From contig NZ_BCZP01000012.1 in assembly GCF_001598795.1 (NCBI RefSeq), forward strand, positions 150,001 through 182,000: a stretch of DNA of 32,000 bases. The letters run 5' to 3'. The DNA is from Delftia acidovorans NBRC 14950 (GTDB lineage: Bacteria > Pseudomonadota > Gammaproteobacteria > Burkholderiales > Burkholderiaceae_C). The translations under genes and the position numbers were made by a program. Under the pieces are notes generated by a model. That model did no database searches and was not told the DNA's origin. It saw only the letters and a program-made list of their open reading frames with translations. The first letter of the stretch is position 1; each line of letters starts with the position of its first letter. Positions 1 through 8,445 of this stretch are shown in pieces.

Positions 1-861
1 ATCAGCCAGCAGGCCTTTGAAGAAAGCCAGGCCGCTGCCGCCCAGTCGCGCTCTGACGTGGCTGTGGCCAAGGCCAATCTGGAGACCGCGCGCATCAACC
101 TCAAGTACAGCCGCATCGAGGCGCCCATCAGCGGGCGCATCAGCCTGTCCACCGTGACGCCGGGCGCGCTGGTGACGGCCAACCAGACCGAGGCGCTGAC
201 CTCCATCGTGCAGCTGGACCCCATGTATGTGGACTTCACCCAGTCCACCAGCGAGCTGCTGCAGCTCAAGCGCGACTGGGATGCCGGGCGCTTCCAGAAG
301 GTGGAGGGCGACAAGGTGGCCGTGCGCATCCGCCTGGACGATGGCACGGACTACAGCCACCAGGGCAAGCTGCAGTTTGCCGGCGTGATCGTCAATGCCA
401 CCACGGGCAGCGTGACGCTGCGCGCCGTGGTGCCCAACCCGCAGGGCGTTCTCATGCCGGGCATGTATGTGCAGGCGCTGCTGCCCACGGGCCTGGCGCC
501 CGAGGCGCTGCTGGTGCCCCAGCAGTCGGTGACGCGCGACCTGACCGGCAAGGCCAGCGTGCTGGTGGCCAAGGCCGACGACGTGATCGAGCGCCGGCCC
601 GTGAACATCGACCGCGCCGTGGGCAATATGTGGCTGCTGCAGGACGGCCTGTCGGCCGGCGAACGCGTGGTGGTCGATGGCTTCCAGCGCATCAAGCCCG
701 GCGACAAGGTGCGCGCCGTGGAGGTGGACCTGCGCGCCAAGGCCCAGGCCCGCAAGGGCAAGCCGGCCGACGGGCCGGCAGCACCTGGCGCTGCGGACAA
801 GGCGCCTGCTCCAGCCCCAGCTCCTGCACCGGCAGCGGCTCCTGCCCCGGCCGCCGGCTAA
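1..861 (+). CDS. RND efflux periplasmic adaptor (membrane fusion protein, AcrA/MexA family); 5' end lies upstream of the window
   Basis: Frame 1 is open from base 1 (ISQQAFEES...) into listed ORF 58..861. It has an HlyD/AcrA-like core (IEAPISGRISLSTVTPGALV, LDPMYVDF, VTLRAVVPNP, LMPGMYV). An RND pump gene starts 18 nt downstream. The C-terminus is an Ala/Pro-rich tail. Confidence 0.9.
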   Translation: MSQQAFEESQAAAAQSRSDVAVAKANLETARINLKYSRIEAPISGRISLSTVTPGALVTANQTEALTSIVQLDPMYVDFTQSTSELLQLKRDWDAGRFQKVEGDKVAVRIRLDDGTDYSHQGKLQFAGVIVNATTGSVTLRAVVPNPQGVLMPGMYVQALLPTGLAPEALLVPQQSVTRDLTGKASVLVAKADDVIERRPVNIDRAVGNMWLLQDGLSAGERVVVDGFQRIKPGDKVRAVEVDLRAKAQARKGKPADGPAAPGAADKAPAPAPAPAPAAAPAPAAG

Positions 862-879
862 GCCGCAGGAACCCGTCAC

Positions 880-3800
880 ATGGCTCAGTTCTTCATCAAC
901 CGGCCCATCTTCGCGTGGGTCATCGCCATCGTCATCATGCTGGGCGGCGCGCTGTCCATCTTCACGCTGCCGCTGGAGCAATACCCCGACATCGCGCCGC
1001 CGCGCGTGACCATCGGCGCGCAGTACACGGGCGCCTCTGCCGAGACGGTCGAGAACTCGGTGACCCAGATCATCGAGCAGCAGCTCAAGGGCATCGACAA
1101 CATGCTCTACATGAGCTCCACGTCCGACGCCTCGGGCCGTGCGCGCACCACGCTGACCTTTGCGCCGGGCACCAACATCGACGTGGCCCAGGTGCAGGTG
1201 CAAAACAAGCTGCAGTCCGCCGTGAACCGTCTGCCCGACGCCGTCAAGAGCCGGGGCGTGTTCGTGAACAAGGGCGGCCAGGACTTCCTGGTCACCTACA
1301 GCTTCTTCTCCAAGGACCCGGCCATGACCGCGGTCGATATCGGCGACTACCTGACCAGCAACCTGGTCGATGTGATCGGCCGCCTCGACGGCGTGGGCGA
1401 TGTCAACGTCTTCGGTACCAACTATGCGATGCGCATCTGGATGGACCCGGCCAAGATGGAGAAGTACGCGCTGATGCCGTCGGACCTGGTCAGTGCGCTG
1501 AACTCGCAGAACGCCCAGGTCTCGGCCGGCCAGCTGGGCGCGCTGCCCGCCGTGGCGGACCAGCAACTGAACGCCACCATCACGGCGCGCACCAAGCTCA
1601 AGACGGTGGAGCAGTTCGAGGACATCGTCCTGAAGTCGTCCGTGGACGGCTCGGTGGTGCTCATGAAGGACGTGGCCCGTGTGGAGCTGGGCGCCGACAA
1701 CCTGACCATCAAGGCCAAGCTCAACGGCCTGCCGGGCGCGGGCATGGGCATCGTGCTGGCCGATGGCGCCAACGCCATGAACGTGGCCGACACCATCGCC
1801 GCCAAGCTGGCCGAGCTCAAGCCGTTCTTCCCCAACGAGATCGACTACTTCGTCAGCTCGGACTCCACGCCCTTCGTGCGCGCCTCCATCAAGGAAGTGG
1901 TCAGCGCGCTGGGCGAGGCCATGATCCTCGTGGTCATCGTGATGTTCATCTTCCTGCAGAACTTCCGCGCCACGATGATCCCCGCCATCGCCGTGCCCGT
2001 GGTGCTGCTGGGCACCTTCGGCGTGCTGTCGCTGGCCGGGTACTCGATCAATACGCTGACCATGTTCGCCATGGTGCTGGCCATCGGCCTGCTGGTGGAC
2101 GATGCCATCGTCGTGGTGGAGAACGTCGAGCGCGTGATGCACGAGACGGGCATGTCGCCCAAGCAGGCCACGCGCCAGTCCATGCGCGAGATCACGCCAG
2201 CCCTGGTGGGCATCGGCGTGACGCTGTCGGCCGTGTTCGTGCCCATGGCCTTCTTTGGCGGCTCCACGGGCGTGATCTACCGGCAGTTCTCCATCACCAT
2301 CGTCGCGGCCATGGTGCTGTCGGTGTTCGTGGCGCTGACGCTGACGCCTGCGCTGTGCGCCACGCTGCTCAAGCCGCCCGCAGCGGGCGGGGCAGGGCAT
2401 GACCGGCCCATCCGCAGCGGCATCCTGGGGGTGAATGACCGATTCTTTCGCTGGTTCAACCACCATTTCGACGCCACGGCTGCGCGCTACCAGGGCACGG
2501 TGGCCTACTCGCTGCGCCGCGCCAAGCGCATGATGCTGATCTTCCTGGCTGTCTGCGGCGTGGTCTGGCTGCTGATGGCGCGCCTGCCCACTTCCTTCCT
2601 GCCGGACGAGGACCAGGGCTTCGTCTTCGTCAACATCAACCTGCCTTCGGGCGCGGCCGATACGCGGCTGCAGGGCGTGCTCGACGAGGTGCGCGACTAC
2701 TTTGCCAAGCAGCCCGACGTGGTGAGCTTCTACCAGGTCTCGGGCCTGAACGGCGACCAGGCCTCGGCACGCGCCTTCGTGCGCCTGAAGACCTGGGAGG
2801 AGCGGCCGCTGCCCGGCCAGTCGGCCTCCGAGATCGCGCACCGCGCGACCAGGGACCTGTCCTCCATCCGCGATGCGCGCGTGCTGGTCATGCTGCCGCC
2901 GGCCGTGCGCGGCCTGGGCTCCAGCTCGGGCTTCAACTTCATGATCAAGGACATGAACGGCCTGGGCCACCAGGCGCTGCTGGAGGCCAAGGAGAAATTC
3001 CTGACCGAGGCCCGCAAGCGCCCCGAGTTGACCAATCTGCGCATGACCAACCTGGAAGACGCCAGCGAGCTGCGCCTGGACATCGACGACCGCAAGGCCG
3101 CCGCACTGGGCCTGTCGTACACCGACATCAACAGCGTGCTGTCCAGCGCCATGGGCGGCACCTATGTCAACGACTTCCTGAACAACGAGCGCGTCAAGCG
3201 CGTCTACATCCAGGGCGATGCGCCGCACCGCATGCTGCCCCAGGACATCGCCAAATGGACGGTGCGCAACGCCAAGGGCGAGATGGTGCCGTTCAGTTCG
3301 TTCTCCAGCAGCTACTGGGCCTACGGTTCGCCCCAGCTCATGCGCTACAACGGCAACCCGGCCTATGAAATGGAAGGCCGCGCCGCGCCGGGCGTCAGCT
3401 CGGGCACGGCCATGCAGATCGTGGAGGACATCCTGCGCACGCTGCCGGCCGGCATAGGCTACGAGTGGACCGGCGCCTCGCTGCAGGAGCGCCAGTCGGG
3501 CGCGCAGGCGCCGCTGCTGTACGCCATCTCCATCCTCTTCGTGTTCCTGTGCCTGGCGGCGCTGTACGAGAGCTGGACCGTGCCGCTGTCGGTGATGCTG
3601 GCCGTGCCGCTGGGCGTGGTGGGCGCGCTGGCCGCCACCTACACGCGCGGGCTGACCAACGACGTGTACTTCCAGGTGGGCCTGCTGACCACGGTGGGCC
3701 TGGCGTCCAAGAACGCCATCCTGATCGTGGAATTTGCGGTGCAGCTGCAGGAGCAGGGCAAGAGCATCTTCGACGCCGTGGTCTCGGCCGTGCGCCTGCG

Positions 3801-4077
3801 CCTGCGTCCCATCTTGATGACCTCGCTGGCCTTCGGCTTCGGCGTCATCCCGCTGGCCATCGGCACCGGCGCCGGCGCGGGCGGGCGCAATGCCATCGGC
3901 ACGGCCGTGCTCGGCGGCATGCTGGCCTCCACGGTGCTGGGCATCTTCCTGGTGCCCGTGTTCTTCCTGCTGATCCGCAGCTGGTTCAAGAGCCACTCGC
4001 GCACCGAGGACGACGCGGCCCAGCCCACTGCCGGATCACCTGATTCACCGCATACCGCAAAGGAGAGCGCAGCATGA
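880..4077 (+). CDS. RND multidrug efflux permease, HAE1 (AcrB/MexB-like) family
   Basis: 1065-aa ORF with the hallmark N-terminus MAQFFINRPIFAWVIAIVIMLGG. Length and alternating hydrophobic/large-loop pattern match 12-TM RND pumps. The stop overlaps the next start (ATGA at 4074-4077). Confidence 0.95.
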   Translation: MAQFFINRPIFAWVIAIVIMLGGALSIFTLPLEQYPDIAPPRVTIGAQYTGASAETVENSVTQIIEQQLKGIDNMLYMSSTSDASGRARTTLTFAPGTNIDVAQVQVQNKLQSAVNRLPDAVKSRGVFVNKGGQDFLVTYSFFSKDPAMTAVDIGDYLTSNLVDVIGRLDGVGDVNVFGTNYAMRIWMDPAKMEKYALMPSDLVSALNSQNAQVSAGQLGALPAVADQQLNATITARTKLKTVEQFEDIVLKSSVDGSVVLMKDVARVELGADNLTIKAKLNGLPGAGMGIVLADGANAMNVADTIAAKLAELKPFFPNEIDYFVSSDSTPFVRASIKEVVSALGEAMILVVIVMFIFLQNFRATMIPAIAVPVVLLGTFGVLSLAGYSINTLTMFAMVLAIGLLVDDAIVVVENVERVMHETGMSPKQATRQSMREITPALVGIGVTLSAVFVPMAFFGGSTGVIYRQFSITIVAAMVLSVFVALTLTPALCATLLKPPAAGGAGHDRPIRSGILGVNDRFFRWFNHHFDATAARYQGTVAYSLRRAKRMMLIFLAVCGVVWLLMARLPTSFLPDEDQGFVFVNINLPSGAADTRLQGVLDEVRDYFAKQPDVVSFYQVSGLNGDQASARAFVRLKTWEERPLPGQSASEIAHRATRDLSSIRDARVLVMLPPAVRGLGSSSGFNFMIKDMNGLGHQALLEAKEKFLTEARKRPELTNLRMTNLEDASELRLDIDDRKAAALGLSYTDINSVLSSAMGGTYVNDFLNNERVKRVYIQGDAPHRMLPQDIAKWTVRNAKGEMVPFSSFSSSYWAYGSPQLMRYNGNPAYEMEGRAAPGVSSGTAMQIVEDILRTLPAGIGYEWTGASLQERQSGAQAPLLYAISILFVFLCLAALYESWTVPLSVMLAVPLGVVGALAATYTRGLTNDVYFQVGLLTTVGLASKNAILIVEFAVQLQEQGKSIFDAVVSAVRLRLRPILMTSLAFGFGVIPLAIGTGAGAGGRNAIGTAVLGGMLASTVLGIFLVPVFFLLIRSWFKSHSRTEDDAAQPTAGSPDSPHTAKESAA

Positions 4078-5543
4078 GGCGCCCAACGAATGTCTCCGCA
4101 CTGGCTGCAGCGGCGGCGCTGACGGCGCTGCTGACCGGCTGCAACCTCGCGCCGCAGCACCGCACGCCCGACATGCCCGTGCCCGACACTGTCGGCAGCA
4201 CGGCCGCAACGCCTGCCCAGGCCGACGAGGCCAGCCTGCAGACCGCCGCCGCGCTGGGCTGGGTGCAGTCCCAGCAGCTGCGCGAGGTCATTGCGCTGGC
4301 CCTGTCCAACAACCGCGACCTGCGCGTGGCCGTGGAAAGCATCGAGCGCGCGCGTGCCCAGTACGGCATCACGCGCGCAGACCTGCTGCCCAGCGTCACC
4401 GCCCAGGCCCAGGCCAGCCGTGCGCGCACGGCCGCCGGCATGACCAGCGCCACGCAGGCGGCATCGGTCAGCACCCAGTACACGGCCCAGCTGGGCTTTG
4501 CCAGCTATGAGATCGACCTGTGGGGCCGCGTGCGCAACCTCAGCGAGGCCGCGCTGCAGCAGTTCCTGCAAAGCGAGCAGAACCGGCGCAATGTGCAGAT
4601 CGGCCTGGTGGCCGATGTGGCCAACGGCTGGCTCACGCTGGCGGCCGACCAGGCCCGCCTGCAGCTGGCGCGCGACACCCTGGCCAGCCGCGAGAAGGCC
4701 TATGAGCTGACGCGGCGCATGCACGAGATTGGCTCCACATCGGGCCTGGTGCTGGCCCAGAACCAGACCACGGTAGACACGGCGCGCGGCGACGTGGCCA
4801 GCTTCACCTCCCAGGTGGAGCGTGACCGCAACGCCCTGCAATTGCTGGTGGGCGGCCCGCTGCCCGATGCCCTGCTGCCCGGCGCCGCCACGCTGCGCGC
4901 CGATGCCCGGCCCGCGGCCGCGCTGCAGCCCGTGCCTGCACCGCTGCCCTCCAGCGTGCTGCTGGTGCGCCCCGACATCCAGGCCGCCGAGAACAACCTG
5001 CGCGCCATGGAGGCCAACATCGGCGCCGCCCGCGCCGCCATGTTCCCCACCATCAGCCTCACGGCCAGCGTGGGATCGGGCAGCCGCGAACTCGATGGCC
5101 TCTTTGGCGGCAGCAGCAGCACCTGGAGCTTCATCCCCCTGGTGCGCCTGCCCATCTTCGACGGTGGCCGCAACCGTGCGGGCGTGCAGGTGGCCGAGGC
5201 CAACCAGCGCATCGCCATCGCCCAGTACGAGAAGGCCGTGCAGACGGCCTTCCGCGAAACCGCCGACGTGCTGGCCGACCGCGCGCAGTGGGACGAGCGC
5301 CTGGCCGCCCAGACCAGCATGGTCGCCGCCACGCAAAAGGCCTTCGACCTGTCGGAGGCCCGCTTCAAGGCCGGCGTGGACAACTACCTGACCGTGCTGG
5401 ATGCGCAGCGCAGCCTCTACACGGCCCAGCAGACCCTGATCGGCCTGCGCCTGTCCGAGCAGCTCAACCGCGTCACGCTGTGGAAGGTGCTGGGCGGCGA
5501 GCAGGTGCAGGCGTCGTCCGCCTCGGCACCGGCGAATTCCTGA
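4074..5543 (+). CDS. Efflux outer-membrane factor lipoprotein, NodT/OprM family
   Basis: 489 aa with a signal peptide and lipobox (ALLTGC). It shows a two-fold internal repeat typical of OMF/TolC-like proteins and is translationally coupled to the RND pump. Confidence 0.9.
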   Translation: MRRPTNVSALAAAAALTALLTGCNLAPQHRTPDMPVPDTVGSTAATPAQADEASLQTAAALGWVQSQQLREVIALALSNNRDLRVAVESIERARAQYGITRADLLPSVTAQAQASRARTAAGMTSATQAASVSTQYTAQLGFASYEIDLWGRVRNLSEAALQQFLQSEQNRRNVQIGLVADVANGWLTLAADQARLQLARDTLASREKAYELTRRMHEIGSTSGLVLAQNQTTVDTARGDVASFTSQVERDRNALQLLVGGPLPDALLPGAATLRADARPAAALQPVPAPLPSSVLLVRPDIQAAENNLRAMEANIGAARAAMFPTISLTASVGSGSRELDGLFGGSSSTWSFIPLVRLPIFDGGRNRAGVQVAEANQRIAIAQYEKAVQTAFRETADVLADRAQWDERLAAQTSMVAATQKAFDLSEARFKAGVDNYLTVLDAQRSLYTAQQTLIGLRLSEQLNRVTLWKVLGGEQVQASSASAPANS

Positions 5544-5593
5544 GCGCGGGCGGTGTATTGCGCGGTCCCGCAGAACATGCCGCCCCGACCACG

Positions 5594-5923
5594 ATGAGCC
5601 CCTTTGCCAACACCCCCGAGCCGCCTTACTACGCCGTCATCTTCTCGTCGCGCAGGACGCGTGACGACGATGATGGCTACGGCCTCATGGCCCAGCGCAT
5701 GGTGGACCTGGCCGCGCAGCAGCAAGGCTTCCTGGGCGCGGAAAGCACGCGCGGCGAGGACGGTTTCGGCATCACCGTGTCGTACTGGTCCACGGCCGAA
5801 TCCATTGCGCGCTGGAAGCAGGATGCCGAGCACCTGGTCGCCCAGCAACTGGGCAAGGACGCCTGGTACGAGCACTATGAATTGCGCGTGGCCCGCGTGG
5901 AGCGCGCCTACGGCAAGCGCTGA
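5594..5923 (+). CDS. Antibiotic-biosynthesis-monooxygenase (ABM) superfamily small protein
   Basis: ATG at 5594 (MSPFANTPEPPYYAVIFSS...). About 109 aa with a ferredoxin-like ABM pattern (YYAVIF...GFLG...SYW.S.E....W). The upstream part of listed ORF 5288..5923 overlaps the OMF gene and was discarded. Confidence 0.75.
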   Translation: MSPFANTPEPPYYAVIFSSRRTRDDDDGYGLMAQRMVDLAAQQQGFLGAESTRGEDGFGITVSYWSTAESIARWKQDAEHLVAQQLGKDAWYEHYELRVARVERAYGKR

Positions 5924-7077
5924 ATCCGGGCCACCTCCGCTTGCACCACGGCCTCGGCCAGCAGCGCGATGGAGCGCGGCGCGCAGCCTTCGGCATCGTT
6001 GCTCACCGTCACGAAGGCGGGCAGCCCGCGGCTGGTGATGCCATCGATGGTCTTGGCGAGGATGGCGCGCGTGTGCACATCGGGCGTGCGGATCTCGTCA
6101 AAGGGATCGTGCTTGGTTTGCGCATCGGGGTAGCCGTAGGCCCCGAACTCGCGGTTCAGGTTCCAGCGGCAGACCAGGGGGCTGGGCCACAGCCGCCGCA
6201 GAAAAACCAATTGCTCTTCGATGGGCGGCATCTTGCCGTGCAGCCCCAGGCAGAAGGTGGCGCCCGCAGCGCGCAGCGTGTCCGCCAGCTCGGGCGTCAA
6301 AAGCTCCGGGTCGCGCACTTCCACCGCCACGATGATCTGTGCGCCCAACGGATGGGCGGCCAGCGCCGCTCGCACCGCCTCCAGCATGGCCTGCAGCCGC
6401 GCCAGCAGTTCGGTGGGGCGGCTCAACAGGCCCCAGGTCATGGGACTGAGCTGGAACACCAGCACGCCGAGCTGCTCGCCCAGCCCTTCGAGCGTGGGCT
6501 CGACGAAGCTGGTCACGGCCAGATCGGGTTGAAGGAACACGGGGTTCAGCGACATGCCCTTGCCGTCCTCGTCACGCACCTGCGCGTCGGTAACCACGGA
6601 TGGGCACTTGACCACGAAGCGGAAATCGGCCGGCACCTGGCCCGCGAAGGCCAGGTACTGGCTGGCCGTCAACGGCCTCCAGAAGCTGCGGTCCACGCAC
6701 ACCGTTCGCATCAGCGGATGCCGGCCATAGGCCTCCAGTCCCTTCTTGGCGAGCACGCTTTTGTCATAGGCGCCATCCCAGATCAAACCTTCCCAGCCCG
6801 GGTAGGACCAGGTGGAGACCCCCATGCGCAAGCCCTGCGGAAGCTGGTCCGCCAGCGCCTGCCATTGCAGGGCCTGGGGCGCCAGCTGCACGGCGCCGAC
6901 GGCCTTGCGGGATGCCGGCTTGCGGCCGCCAGGCGCCGCGCTGGCGGCAGGCGGGACCGGGGCTGAAGAGGGTGGGGACGGCGGCGGTGAGGGCGGCGCG
7001 CCAAACAGATCGTCTTGCATGGGCTGGAGCATGGATTGTCCATGATGCCGCTGCGCCAGCGCAGCCCGCGTAGGCAC
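5908..7077 (-). CDS. DUF72 (YecE/UPF0759) family protein with a Pro/Ser/Ala-rich N-terminal extension
   Basis: The core contains the DUF72 signature region GVSTWSYPGWEGLIW. The start is uncertain: ATG candidates at 7077, 7032 and 7020, none with a strong RBS. The 3' end overlaps the convergent ABM gene by 16 nt. Confidence 0.75.
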   Translation of the reverse strand: MPTRAALAQRHHGQSMLQPMQDDLFGAPPSPPPSPPSSAPVPPAASAAPGGRKPASRKAVGAVQLAPQALQWQALADQLPQGLRMGVSTWSYPGWEGLIWDGAYDKSVLAKKGLEAYGRHPLMRTVCVDRSFWRPLTASQYLAFAGQVPADFRFVVKCPSVVTDAQVRDEDGKGMSLNPVFLQPDLAVTSFVEPTLEGLGEQLGVLVFQLSPMTWGLLSRPTELLARLQAMLEAVRAALAAHPLGAQIIVAVEVRDPELLTPELADTLRAAGATFCLGLHGKMPPIEEQLVFLRRLWPSPLVCRWNLNREFGAYGYPDAQTKHDPFDEIRTPDVHTRAILAKTIDGITSRGLPAFVTVSNDAEGCAPRSIALLAEAVVQAEVARIQRLP

Positions 7078-7280
7078 TCAGGCCACGCAGGCCCCGGCCG
7101 CACTGGCGATGTGCCTGCAGGCCAATGCCGCGTCGCAGGCCTGGGGCGGGATCGATTGACAGAGCCTAAGGCGCTCTTGAGGAATCACAGTTTTCAGTGA
7201 TTGCCACCCACCCGCTTCCTTTGAACAATCCGCACTGACACCTCACGGGCAGCTGTACCGCCGTGTCGGGGTGCCCCAAG

Positions 7281-7307
7281 ACACGCGAAACACGCAAAAC
7301 ACGCAAA
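7281..7307 (+). repeat. 3 x 9-bp C/A-rich tandem repeat (ACACGCGAA ACACGCAAA ACACGCAAA) abutting the RCC1 gene RBS
   Basis: Read directly. It is preceded by CCCCAAGACA, a string also found in the 25425-25464 repeat, and followed by GGAGAGGG and the start codon. Confidence 0.8.
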
Positions 7308-7317
7308 GGAGAGGGTG

Positions 7318-8445
7318 ATGCTGACCATAGAAGAGGTAGTGGCGGGCCCGCAGCGGTCCGTGCTCATCACATCGGAGGGCGTATTCGCCTGGGGCAATCT
7401 GGAGGTGTTGCGCACCCTGCCCGAAGGCGTGGACGCTGCCGAGGTCTGTGCGCCCGATGCCACGCGCATCGGCCACCGCAGCTTTTCCCAGCCCGTGCCC
7501 CAGCGCCTGAGCCCCCGTGGCACGCGCTGGGAGGGGCTGGTGGACGCGGGCCATTCGCTGCTGGCCTGGGCGGATGGCCAGGCCTATGCCGTTGCGCCCC
7601 AGGTCCGCGATGCCGCGGGCGCCGTGCCCAGGCCTTTGGCCTTGGGCCGGCAGGATGCCGGGGTGCGGCGCATCTGGGCGGGTGAGCAGCAGGCCTATGT
7701 GCAGGACCGCGAAGGCGCACTCTGGGGATGGTCGGATGCCATGCCCGGTGCGCAGCGCGTGCAGGGCCTGCCCTCCGTGCGCAGCGTGTCCGTGGGCATG
7801 GGCCATGCGCTGGCGCTGGATGCCAGGGGGCAGGTCTGGTCCTGGGGCGCCAATGCTGCGGGCCAACTGGGGCAGGGCGATCTGGTGCGGCGCAGCCGTG
7901 CGCAGCGCGTGGTGCTGCCGCAGGGCGCTGCGGCCGTGGTGGCGGTGGCGGCAGGGGCCACGCACAGCCTGGCGCTGGATGAGAAGGGGCGGCTGTGGGG
8001 CTGGGGCTCCAACCACCAGGGCCAGCTGGACCAGGCGCTGCAGGCGGCCTACAGTCCCGGCCCCGTGCGCATTGCCGTGCCTGAGCGCCTCAGCAGTCTG
8101 GCGGCGGGCCTGCACTTTTCGGCGGCGACCACGCAGGGCGGGCAGGTGCTGGCCTGGGGCTGGAATGGCCTGGGCCAGCTGGGCCAGGGCGATGCGGCAC
8201 CCCGCGCGGGCTTTCACACTGTGCCCGGCCTGGCGGCGGTGCAGCAGATCAGCGTGGGAGGCACGCATGTGCTGGCCCTGGAGCGCGGCGGGCGCTGCTG
8301 GGCCTGGGGCGACAACCGCCATGGCGCCTGCCAGGGCCAGGACGGGGCCCAGGCCCAGTCCCGCCCCCATGCGCTGGCCTTGCACGCCCTCAATGACCTG
8401 ACCGAAACCAACGCAATCGCCGGCACGGCAAAGGAGGCCCTGTGA
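7318..8445 (+). CDS. RCC1-repeat (7-bladed beta-propeller) protein, no signal peptide
   Basis: Seven repeats are marked by VFAWGN, LLAWADGQ, LWGWSD, VWSWGANAAGQLGQGD, LWGWGSNHQGQLD, VLAWGWNGLGQLGQGD and CWAWGDNRHGACQG. RBS-like GGAGAGGG sits just upstream. The start is ATG 7318, or GTG 7315 as in the track. Confidence 0.85.
   Translation: MLTIEEVVAGPQRSVLITSEGVFAWGNLEVLRTLPEGVDAAEVCAPDATRIGHRSFSQPVPQRLSPRGTRWEGLVDAGHSLLAWADGQAYAVAPQVRDAAGAVPRPLALGRQDAGVRRIWAGEQQAYVQDREGALWGWSDAMPGAQRVQGLPSVRSVSVGMGHALALDARGQVWSWGANAAGQLGQGDLVRRSRAQRVVLPQGAAAVVAVAAGATHSLALDEKGRLWGWGSNHQGQLDQALQAAYSPGPVRIAVPERLSSLAAGLHFSAATTQGGQVLAWGWNGLGQLGQGDAAPRAGFHTVPGLAAVQQISVGGTHVLALERGGRCWAWGDNRHGACQGQDGAQAQSRPHALALHALNDLTETNAIAGTAKEAL

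Noticed and set aside
630-2402. 590-aa plus-strand ORF in an alternative frame over the adaptor/pump genes; other same-strand out-of-frame ORFs include 7517-8401, 8507-9577, 13307-14122 and 28926-30242
   Set aside because: They are out of frame with genes that carry family-defining motifs. Their products are Arg/Pro/Gly-rich with no motifs.
3639-5336. 565-aa minus-strand ORF over the RND pump/OMF junction; likewise 8466-10370, 10220-11851, 12567-14555, 20405-22459, 22714-24075, 24400-25563, 25331-26317 and 27353-29149
   Set aside because: All are antisense to well-supported genes and have Arg/Gly/Ala-dominated nonsense composition. They are GC-bias artefacts.
5288-5593. N-terminal extension of the ABM ORF
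   Set aside because: It overlaps the OMF coding region in another frame. The conserved ABM sequence starts at ATG 5594.
7155-7202. TTGACA at 7155-7160 with a possible -10 AGGAAT at 7180-7185, and the inverted repeat AATCAC-N8-GTGATT (7183-7202), as promoter/operator for the RCC1 operon
   Set aside because: The spacer is 19 nt and the -10 matches only 3 of 6 positions. The palindrome arms are only 6 bp. This is too weak to call as a feature without transcript data.
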